IMG/VR virus record: IMGVR_UViG_2585427777_000009
Coordinates: 1-5,591 of that record
Source of the DNA: a virus
Lineage: Duplodnaviria > Heunggongvirae > Uroviricota > Caudoviricetes
Reading direction: 5' to 3' (one strand)
DNA length: 5,591 nucleotides
Below the pieces are notes generated by a model that searched no databases, was not told the DNA's origin, and saw nothing but the letters and a program-made list of their open reading frames with translations. Below are positions 1-5,591 of the stretch, in pieces. Position 1 is the first letter of the stretch. Each line of letters starts with the position of its first letter. The position numbers and the translations under genes were made by a program.

Positions 1-17
1 ACCTTGGTTTAAGAGAA
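1..17. other. Left crossover site in inverted orientation, truncated by the window start (central TT at positions 4-5)
   Basis: Positions 1-17 (ACCTTGGTTTAAGAGAA) are the exact reverse complement of 5114-5130. The outer 9 bp of the site would lie left of the window. Confidence 0.65.
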
Positions 18-148
18 CTCGGTACCAGCGGTGAAAAGATCCCCCTGTTGAGTACGGCTAACACATGGAGTGCGCGCCAGACTTTCAACGGCGGGATCAC
101 CGGGGCGCTGACAGGGAACGCCGACACCGCGACGAAATTAAAAACAGC
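1..148. repeat. Left arm of the segment-flanking inverted repeat (pairs with 4983-5130)
   Basis: Hand-aligned reverse complement of 4983-5130 matches 1-148 with 3 mismatches (positions 53, 107, 140), all third-codon-position synonymous changes. Similarity drops to protein level only beyond 148. Confidence 0.9.
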
Positions 149-2237
149 CATAAACATTAATGGCGTCAGGTTCGATGGTTCGGCTGACATTACGTTGACT
201 CCTAAAGATCTGGACGTTTACAGCAAAAGCGAAATAGACAATAAAAAAGGGATGAGAAAATACACTTTTTCAGCGCCTGCAAATGCAGTAAGCGGTAAGT
301 GGTATCCTATAGTCTTTCGCCGATCTAGAGGCAGTACCGATGAATTAGCCTCACGAGTTGTGATAACTACTTATTCCTCAGCTGGCGGATACGCCATGAA
401 TAATTGTGAATTTAATGGTTTTGTTATGCCTGGCGGTTGGTCTGATCGCGGTTCATATGCGGCTGGTTTTTTCTCAATATATTCTACTGCTGAGCGAGCT
501 ATACACTCGATTATTTCAAGTGTGAAAGATGACGATTTGTGTAGTGTGTTTTACGTTGAAGCCAGAGCATTTCCTATCAAGATATTTGCTGAGGAGGGCT
601 TGAACGTAATTGTTCCAACTACTGACTATACCGTTGGTCAAGCCACCTATAAGTGGGGGGCCACAGATCCAGTAGCAGAAAGTACAAATACTCAAACCAT
701 TCTGGATTTTAAAAATGGACGTGGTTATTACTGCTCACATCAGTTTGTTTCAAGCCTTTCAGGAAATGCAGCAACAGCAACGAAATTAGCAAGTTCAATA
801 AACATAGGTGGTGTATCCTTTGATGGTTCAGCCGATATAGATTTGCCTGGTGTTAATGCGACTGGTAATCAGAACACCACGGGGAATGCGGCGTCTGCCA
901 CGAAATTACAAACGGCAAGAACCATTGGTGGCGTTTCATTTGATGGCTCCGCCAATATCAACCTGCCGGGCGTGAATATTGCTGGTAGCCAGAACACGAC
1001 TGGTAATGCTGCAACCGCAACGAAACTTCAGACGGCCCGCACAATAGGCGGCGTGTCATTCGATGGTAGTGCCAATATCGACCTGCCAGGTGTGAATAAA
1101 ACAGGTAATCAGAGCACAACCGGTAATGCTGCAACTGCAACAAAACTGCAAACAGCACGCACAATAGGCGGCGTGTCATTCGATGGCTCCGCCAATATCA
1201 ACCTGCCGGGTGTAAACATTGCTGGTAACCAGAACACAACCGGTAATGCAGCGACAGCGACCAAGTTACAAACCGCTAGAACTATAAATGGGGTGTCGTT
1301 TGACGGTTCTAAAAACATTGAGCTAACTCCAAGGTCTATAGGCACGATCAACTCAGCAACAATGTCTTTTAGTGGTGGTGCCGGATGGTTCAAGCTGGCA
1401 ACTGTAACCATGCCACAAGCCAGTTCCGTGGTTTACATAAGCCTGATTGGTGGCGCAGGGTTTAACGTTGGCTCCCCGCAGCAAGCAGGCATCTCTGAGC
1501 TGGTTCTGCGTGCAGGAAATGGGAACCCCAAAGGTATTACTGGTGCATTATGGCGACGGACCTCGGTTGGATTTACTAATTTTGCATGGGTGAATACATC
1601 CGGTGATACCTATGACATTTATGTAGAAATAGGTAATTACGCCACAGGTGTTAATATCCAGTGGGATTATACCAGTAACGCCAGCGTAACGATTCATACA
1701 TCACCAACTTATACAGCGAATAAACCAACAGGCCTGACAGATGGAACTGTATATGTAATTTACAGTTCGCACATTAAACCGACTGCTGCTGATGTTGGGG
1801 CGTTATCATTATCTGGAGGTCAATTGAATGGTGCACTGGGCATCGGTACATCCAGTGCTCTTGGCGGTAACTCGATTGTTTTGGGTGATAATGACACGGG
1901 CTTTAAACAAAATGGCGACGGTAATCTGGATGTTTATGCTAATAACGTCCATGTTATGCGCTTTGTCTCCGGTAGCATTCAAAGTAATAAAACCATAAAT
2001 ATTACGGGGCGTGTTAATCCCTCGGATTACGGTAACTTTGATTCCCGCTATGTGAGAGATGTCAGACTTGGCACACGTGTTGTCCAGACCATGCAGAAAG
2101 GGGTGATGTATGAGAAAGCAGGGCATGTAATTACAGGGCTTGGTATTGTCGGTGAAGTCGATGGTGATGACCCCGCAGTATTCAGACCAATACAAAAATA
2201 CATCAATGGCACATGGTATAACGTCGCACAGGTGTAG
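1..2237 (+). CDS. Tail fiber protein, alternative variable C-terminal cassette (Sv'-like), silent in this orientation; 5' end is the crossover site and it has no start of its own
   Basis: Frame is open from position 3 ([22 protein letters not shown]...), identical to the minus-strand fiber across the inverted repeat. The TTG at 48 used by the ORF track is not a real start. Contains repeated [32 protein letters not shown] fiber-shaft motifs and a C-terminal [26 protein letters not shown]...NGTWYNVAQV module shared with the other fiber. Stop TAG at 2235-2237, followed 3 nt later by a tfa gene. Confidence 0.85.
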   Translation, partial: LGLRELGTSGEKIPLLSTANTWSARQTFNGGITGALTGNADTATKLKTAININGVRFDGSADITLTPKDLDVYSKSEIDNKKGMRKYTFSAPANAVSGKWYPIVFRRSRGSTDELASRVVITTYSSAGGYAMNNCEFNGFVMPGGWSDRGSYAAGFFSIYSTAERAIHSIISSVKDDDLCSVFYVEARAFPIKIFAEEGLNVIVPTTDYTVGQATYKWGATDPVAESTNTQTILDFKNGRGYYCSHQFVSSLSGNAATATKLASSINIGGVSFDGSADIDLPGVNATGNQNTTGNAASATKLQTARTIGGVSFDGSANINLPGVNIAGSQNTTGNAATATKLQTARTIGGVSFDGSANIDLPGVNKTGNQSTTGNAATATKLQTARTIGGVSFDGSANINLPGVNIAGNQNTTGNAATATKLQTARTINGVSFDGSKNIELTPRSIGTINSATMSFSGGAGWFKLATVTMPQASSVVYISLIGGAGFNVGSPQQAGISELVLRAGNGNPKGITGALWRRTSVGFTNFAWVNTSGDTYDIYVEIGNYATGVNIQWDYTSNASVTIHTSPTYTANKPTGLTDGTVYVIYSSHIKPTAADVGALSLSGGQLNGALGIGTSSALGGNSIVLGDNDTGFKQNGDGNLDVYANNVHVMRFVSGSIQSNKTINITGRVNPSDYGNFDSRYVRDVRLGTRVVQTMQKGVMYEKAGHVITGLGIVGEVDGDDPAVFRPIQKYINGTWYNVAQV
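762..1331 (+). repeat. Tandem 120-bp in-frame coding repeats (40-aa phage fiber-shaft repeat), about 4.75 copies
   Basis: Units at 762-881, 882-1001, 1002-1121, 1122-1241 and a partial unit 1242-1331. Each encodes [40 protein letters not shown]. Exact nucleotide runs of about 30 bp recur between units (e.g. cgcacaataggcggcgtgtcattcgatgg at about 1037 and 1157). Confidence 0.9.
2040..2237 (+). repeat. Internal diverged inverted repeat: conserved fiber C-terminal module (pairs with 3332-3529)
   Basis: The last ~65 codons of the two fibers are about 85% identical at nucleotide level by eye and about 90% at protein level (DSRYVRD(V/I)[18 protein letters not shown]...NGTWYNV(A/S)QV). Confidence 0.8.
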
Positions 2238-2240
2238 TTT

Positions 2241-2768
2241 ATGCAGCATTTAAAAAATATTACTGCGGGTAATCCAAAAACTGTTGCCCAGTATCAACTG
2301 ACAAAAAATTTTGATGTTATCTGGTTATGGTCCGAAGAGGGAAAAAACTGGTATGAGGAAGTAAGTAATTTTCAGGAAGACACGATAAAGATTGTTTACG
2401 ATGAAAATAATATTATTGTCGCCATCACCAGAGATGCTTCAACGCTTAACCCTGAAGGTTTTAGCGTTGTCGAGGTTCCTGATATTACTGCCAACCGACG
2501 TGCTGATGACTCAGGTAAATGGATGTTTAAGGATGGTGCCGTGATTAAGCGGATTTATACGGCAGACGAACAGCAGCAACTGGCAGAATCACAAAAGGCA
2601 ACTTTGCTTTCCGAAGCCGAATCCGTGATTTTGCCGCTGGAGCGCGCTGTCAGGCTGAATATGGCAACAGATGAGGAACGCAGCCGACTGGAAGCATGGG
2701 AACGCTACAGCGTTCTTGTAAGCCGCGTGGATACGGCAAAGCCAGAATGGCCACAAAAACCTGAGTAA
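2241..2768 (+). CDS. Tail fiber assembly chaperone (Tfa; Mu U / lambda Tfa family), partner of the plus-strand fiber cassette
   Basis: 175-aa ORF starting at ATG 2241, 3 nt after the fiber stop. N-terminus [41 protein letters not shown] with internal [18 protein letters not shown] and C-terminal PEWPQKPE are recalled from memory as typical of enterobacterial phage Tfa proteins. N-terminal ~105 aa are ~75% identical to the minus-strand paralog. Stop TAA at 2766-2768 is followed by a hairpin terminator. Confidence 0.85.
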   Translation: MQHLKNITAGNPKTVAQYQLTKNFDVIWLWSEEGKNWYEEVSNFQEDTIKIVYDENNIIVAITRDASTLNPEGFSVVEVPDITANRRADDSGKWMFKDGAVIKRIYTADEQQQLAESQKATLLSEAESVILPLERAVRLNMATDEERSRLEAWERYSVLVSRVDTAKPEWPQKPE

Positions 2769-2772
2769 AAAT

Positions 2773-2796
2773 AAGGCCCGATAACGGGCCTTTTCT
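2773..2796. terminator. Bidirectional rho-independent terminator between the convergent tfa genes
   Basis: 8-bp stem (aaggcccg 2773-2780, complementary to cgggcctt 2785-2792) with loop ataa. It is flanked by T-runs on both strands (ttttct on plus; tattttt on minus, from 2764-2772). It lies between the plus tfa stop (2766-2768) and the minus tfa stop (2796-2798). Confidence 0.6.
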
Positions 2797-3329
2797 CATT
2801 CTGGTTGTTCGGGAAACGTTACTGGCAGGCTGGAGGTGTCTGTAGATTCGACTTTCTGCGCATAGAGCATCCACTCGGTTAATTTTTGTTTATTCTCGTC
2901 GGAAATGATGCCCAGCCGTAGCTGTGAGTCCCATAGCTGGGTTTTATCCCTGACAAGTTGCAACAGGCTTTGCTTTTCATTCTCTGCCTGCTGCCTCTGT
3001 TCCTCCTCGGTATAAGTTCGCTTTATCACTACGCCATCTTTGAACATCCATTTCCCCGAAATATCAGCCCGGCGATTTGCTGTAATATCAGGCAACTCAA
3101 CGACACTTAAACCTTCTGGATTAATTGCCGATACATCTTTATCCATAGCAACAATTATTCCATCTACAGTGTAAGCCAGTTTTATTGTATCTTCCTGAAA
3201 GTTTTTCACTTCCTCATACCAGTTTTTTCCATCTTCGGACCATAACCAGATAACATTAAAATTCTTTGTTAGCTGATATTGTTCAACGGTTTTTGGATTA
3301 CCTGCGACAATGTTTTTTAAATGCTGCAT
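2796..3329 (-). CDS. Tail fiber assembly chaperone (Tfa; Mu U / lambda Tfa family), partner of the minus-strand (expressed) fiber
   Basis: 177-aa ORF. Its ATG (complement of 3327-3329) lies 2 nt after the fiber stop (3332-3334). N-terminal half is a paralog of the plus-strand Tfa ([41 protein letters not shown]); the C-terminal ~70 aa are divergent. Ends in ...PEQPE, with the stop at 2796-2798 abutting the central hairpin. Confidence 0.85.
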   Translation of the reverse strand: MQHLKNIVAGNPKTVEQYQLTKNFNVIWLWSEDGKNWYEEVKNFQEDTIKLAYTVDGIIVAMDKDVSAINPEGLSVVELPDITANRRADISGKWMFKDGVVIKRTYTEEEQRQQAENEKQSLLQLVRDKTQLWDSQLRLGIISDENKQKLTEWMLYAQKVESTDTSSLPVTFPEQPE

Positions 3330-3331
3330 GA

Positions 3332-3529
3332 TTATACCTGCGATACGTTATACCATGTTCCGTTAATTAACTTTTGTATTGGTCTGAATACTGCCGGATC
3401 ATCGCCATCAACTTCACCGACAATGCCAAGCCCCGTAATTGCATGACCTGATTTCTCATACATCACGCCTTTTTGCATAGTCTGAACAACACGTGTGCCC
3501 AGGCGAATATCTCGTACATAGCGAGAATC
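3332..3529 (-). repeat. Internal diverged inverted repeat: conserved fiber C-terminal module (pairs with 2040-2237)
   Basis: See the partner feature at 2040-2237. Confidence 0.8.
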
Positions 3530-5591
3530 CGATTCAGCTTTGGTATATGCACCAACATCCCCCGCAGAGGGTTTGCGGGTTGTGGTGTAAAACTCTGACC
3601 AGTTAGCTTCAAAGCCATAACCATCACGCGCTGAACGATAAAAGATACCGCCGTTCTTATAATTCACGCGGAACTGTACAGCAGGGCAACTCCCCGCATT
3701 CATATTGAAGTGGAGGATTAATGTCGATGCACCACTGATATCTGCATCATAAACACCGCTATTCCAGTTCCAGCCAACAGCTTTATCATTTGCAACCCTG
3801 CTTCCTGTTTGCCCTAAAGCGAATGCAGGCTGCTGGTTTTTCGTGTTGTAGTCTCGTCGCCAGCCAGGAGCATAAGCATCACCATGATTAATATAAGTGA
3901 ATTGAGCGTTAGTGATGCCGCCTCCGGTGGAAGTGCTTGGTGTTGTTACACGGATGGTCATGGCACCTTTATTGCCCATAACTTCAATAACGCAACCCGC
4001 AAGGTGAATAAGTCCACATCCGGTGTCAGTAATAATTTTATTATTGCCGTATGACCATGAGCATTTACACATCCAGTATGGATGATTGAAGGCCCACTGA
4101 GATTCCAGCCATTCAATAAATTGCGCCGTCGTCCAGTTTCCTGCACCTGTGCTAATAGAGCCATGAAAAGAGCGGCAAGCACCTATTGTTTGCGTAAATT
4201 TATCTTTGTTTGGAATATCTGCGCCGTTCTGGTTTTTCTGTAATGCTCCTGCGGCTAATTCTACAGTTTGCTCAAGATTTAAATCTGCCGCCGTTAGCTC
4301 AATATTTTTAGAACCATCAAACGACACCCCATTTATAGTTCGAGCGGTTTGTAACTTGGTCGCTGTCGCTGCATTACCTGTTGTATTCTGATTGCCAGTG
4401 GCATTAACACCAGGTAAATTAATATTCGCAGTACCATCAAAGCTAACTCCGCCGATAGTTCTTGCCGTCTGTAGTTTTGTAGCGGTCGCTGCATTGCCAG
4501 TTGTATTCTGATTGCCAGTGGCATTCACACCAGGAATGGAGTCCCTTGATGTATAGACCTGCGCCCAATCTGACCATGCAGCATCTGTTGTATCCCTACG
4601 GGAACGAATGAATGCCGGTGCATGTGCGCCACTTGTACCACTCCACCCAATAAGCAACTCTCCCTCACCAGCAGCACTCGCCCCTTTCATATGCAGAACA
4701 TTGCCGAATGATGTTGGGTAACTATTGCTATATGCTTCATACATTTGAATACCAGCAGTACCCTGAGTAGAGCCACTTAACGCCGTTACGGGCCCGCGTG
4801 ATACCAATGTATTAATGTTGATATCGCCTGAGCCATCAAACTTAACACCATTGATGTTTCTCGCCGTCGCAAGTTTTGTCGCGGTAGCAGCATTCCCCGT
4901 GGTGTTCTGGTTACCAGTTGTATTTACACCTGGAAGATTGATATTGGCCGAGCCATCAAATGCCACACCGCCAATAGTGCGTGCTGTTTTCAATTTCGTC
5001 GCGGTGTCGGCGTTCCCTGTCAGTGCCCCGGTGATCCCGCCGTTGAAAGTCTGGCGCGCACTCCATGTGTTAGCCGTGCTCAACAGGGGGATCTTTTCAC
5101 CGCTGGTACCGAGTTCTCTTAAACCAAGGTATTGGATAACGGCCAGTGTGCTTGTTTTAGCCAGAATATCGCGACCGACTGACGTTAAATCAGTCTGCGC
5201 TACCGTATCCTTACCAGTGAAATAAGGCAGTTTGTTTGCACCAGTCGCAAGGGCAGCGAGCGCGGTTAAAGTTGCATCCAGAGGCTGTTTGCCTGCCAGC
5301 GCATTTGTCATTGTTGTCGCAAAGTTCGGGTCATTGCCCAGTGCTGCTGCAAGCTCATTCAGGGTATCAAGAGCTTCAGGTGATGAGCCGACCAATGCAG
5401 AGATAGCAGCTCTTACATAAGCGGTCGTAGCAATCTGCGTGTTATTCGTACCCTGTGCAGCGGTAGGCGCAGTAGGTATTCCCGTTAATGCAGGACTTGC
5501 TAAAGGCGCTTTAAGGGCCAGAGCATTGTTGATAGTTGTGCTGAAATTCGGGTCGTTATTGATCGCAGCCGCTATTTCTTTCAGCGTATCC
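3332..5591 (-). CDS. Tail fiber protein in the expressed orientation: conserved N-terminal region (continues beyond the right window edge) fused in frame to a variable C-terminal cassette; 5' partial
   Basis: The minus-strand frame stays open upstream of the TTG at 5395 chosen by the ORF track, to the window end (my translation of 5396-5461: ...[22 protein letters not shown] then [25 protein letters not shown]), which is a typical phage tail-fiber N-proximal motif. It crosses the crossover site at 5114-5139 in frame. It contains two blocks of fiber-shaft repeats and a Cys/Trp-rich distal domain, and ends ...[65 protein letters not shown]. Confidence 0.9.
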   Translation of the reverse strand, partial: DTLKEIAAAINNDPNFSTTINNALALKAPLASPALTGIPTAPTAAQGTNNTQIATTAYVRAAISALVGSSPEALDTLNELAAALGNDPNFATTMTNALAGKQPLDATLTALAALATGANKLPYFTGKDTVAQTDLTSVGRDILAKTSTLAVIQYLGLRELGTSGEKIPLLSTANTWSARQTFNGGITGALTGNADTATKLKTARTIGGVAFDGSANINLPGVNTTGNQNTTGNAATATKLATARNINGVKFDGSGDININTLVSRGPVTALSGSTQGTAGIQMYEAYSNSYPTSFGNVLHMKGASAAGEGELLIGWSGTSGAHAPAFIRSRRDTTDAAWSDWAQVYTSRDSIPGVNATGNQNTTGNAATATKLQTARTIGGVSFDGTANINLPGVNATGNQNTTGNAATATKLQTARTINGVSFDGSKNIELTAADLNLEQTVELAAGALQKNQNGADIPNKDKFTQTIGACRSFHGSISTGAGNWTTAQFIEWLESQWAFNHPYWMCKCSWSYGNNKIITDTGCGLIHLAGCVIEVMGNKGAMTIRVTTPSTSTGGGITNAQFTYINHGDAYAPGWRRDYNTKNQQPAFALGQTGSRVANDKAVGWNWNSGVYDADISGASTLILHFNMNAGSCPAVQFRVNYKNGGIFYRSARDGYGFEANWSEFYTTTRKPSAGDVGAYTKAESDSRYVRDIRLGTRVVQTMQKGVMYEKSGHAITGLGIVGEVDGDDPAVFRPIQKLINGTWYNVSQV
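4292..4537 (-). repeat. Two tandem 120-bp fiber-shaft repeats in the minus-strand fiber (aa ~287-368)
   Basis: Direct repeats are visible on the plus strand (gcattacctgttgtattctgattgccagtggcattaacaccagg at about 4370 and gcattgccagttgtattctgattgccagtggcattcacaccagg at about 4490). Translation gives [21 protein letters not shown](G/N)GVSFDG twice. Confidence 0.8.
4808..5017 (-). repeat. First block of fiber-shaft repeats in the minus-strand fiber (about 1.75 units), partly inside the flanking inverted repeat
   Basis: Encodes [40 protein letters not shown] followed by [30 protein letters not shown]. The counterpart motif in the plus-strand module is at about 114-203. Confidence 0.75.
4983..5130. 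repeat. Right arm of the segment-flanking inverted repeat (pairs with 1-148)
   Basis: See left arm. The repeat extends outward into the crossover site (to 5139), whose left-hand counterpart is outside the window. Confidence 0.9.
5114..5139. other. 26-bp DNA-invertase crossover site (hix/gix/cix family), right copy: TTCTCTTAAACC-AA-GGTATTGGATAA
   Basis: Imperfect palindrome of two 12-bp half-sites around a central AA dinucleotide (5126-5127). It closely resembles hixL (TTCTTGAAAACCAAGGTTTTTGATAA) and gixL (TTCCTGTAAACCGAGGTTTTGGATAA) as I recall them. It sits exactly at the outer boundary of the inverted repeat and inside the fiber reading frame. Confidence 0.75.

Larger units (their letters stand above)
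4..5127. mobile_element. Invertible DNA segment (~5.1 kb site-specific inversion switch for tail-fiber C-termini; G/C-segment-like)
   Basis: Bounded by inversely oriented crossover sites (centres at 4-5 and 5126-5127). Contains the convergent fiber and tfa cassettes. One fiber is fused in frame to the constant region; the other is promoterless and lacks a start codon. Confidence 0.8.

Noticed and set aside
48-50. TTG at 48 as the start of the plus-strand fiber (as in the ORF track)
   Set aside because: The frame is open from position 3, and the upstream 45 nt encode the same junction peptide as the expressed fiber. The module is a start-less cassette that needs fusion to the constant region by inversion, and it has no RBS.
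762-1331. CRISPR array suggested by regular direct repeats
   Set aside because: The period is 120 bp, in frame and protein-coding, with no unique spacers between conserved repeats. They are fiber-shaft repeats.
1321-1346. Possible third, internal crossover site around a CCAAGG core (taactCCAAGGtctatagg), which would imply a multi-inversion Min-type shufflon
   Set aside because: Only the core hexamer and a few flanking bases match the 26-bp site, and the half-sites lack dyad symmetry. A scan by eye for AAACC-NN-GGT and its complement found no other convincing site. A position-weight-matrix scan would settle this.
958-1411. Antisense ORFs 958..1179 (73 aa) and 1109..1411 (100 aa) on the minus strand
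   Set aside because: They lie entirely inside the plus-strand fiber repeat region. Their low-complexity translations (VAVAALPVV-type) are reverse-frame artefacts of the GNAATATKL repeats, and they have no start context or homolog signature.
1809-2249. ORF 1809..2249 on the minus strand (146 aa)
   Set aside because: Fully antisense to the well-supported fiber C-terminal coding region, and Cys/His-rich with no recognisable motif. Most likely spurious.
2650-2874. ORF 2650..2874 on the minus strand (74 aa) spanning the terminator
   Set aside because: Overlaps the ends of both tfa genes and runs through the terminator hairpin. It has no coding signature.
3101-3127. CTTAAACC motif inside the minus-strand tfa that resembles a crossover half-site
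   Set aside because: Only one half-site matches (9 of 12). The other half is out of register, and the location inside a chaperone gene makes a functional site unlikely.
1-5130. Diversity-generating retroelement (template and variable repeat pair targeting the fiber tip)
   Set aside because: There is no reverse transcriptase ORF. The repeated sequences are shaft motifs or junction repeats rather than a C-terminal variable region. The three inverted-repeat mismatches are synonymous transitions, not adenine-specific substitutions.
5393-5395. TTG at 5393-5395 as the start of the minus-strand fiber (as in the ORF track)
   Set aside because: The reading frame continues upstream to the window edge and encodes a conserved fiber N-terminal motif ([18 protein letters not shown]). 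The true start is outside the window.
3958-5420. Short ORFs antisense to, or embedded in, the minus-strand fiber (3958..4182 -, 4206..4391 +, 4333..4524 -, 4815..5225 +, 5232..5420 +)
   Set aside because: All overlap the long, motif-rich fiber ORF. Several are repeat-driven low-complexity frames, and none has independent support.

Overview
The window is almost exactly one invertible phage tail-fiber host-range cassette, of the same kind as the Mu G segment and P1 C segment, most likely from an enterobacterial phage or prophage. Two convergent cassettes, each a tail-fiber variable C-terminal module followed by its tail fiber assembly chaperone, face each other across a bidirectional terminator at about 2773-2796. 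The minus-strand fiber (3332..5591) runs in frame through a 26-bp hix/gix/cix-like crossover site at 5114-5139 into a conserved fiber N-terminal region that continues past the right edge, so it is the currently expressed orientation. The plus-strand fiber module (1..2237) has no start codon of its own; its 5' end is the inverted copy of the same crossover site, cut by the window start, and it would be expressed after inversion. A 148-bp inverted repeat (1-148 vs 4983-5130, 3 mismatches, all synonymous) sits just inside the crossover sites. The serine invertase gene and its enhancer are not in the window and are predicted just beyond the left edge. Both fibers carry 120-bp tandem coding repeats (40-aa shaft repeat) and share a conserved C-terminal module of about 65 aa. 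All calls rest on reading the sequence and the supplied ORF track; no database search was run and identity estimates are by eye.
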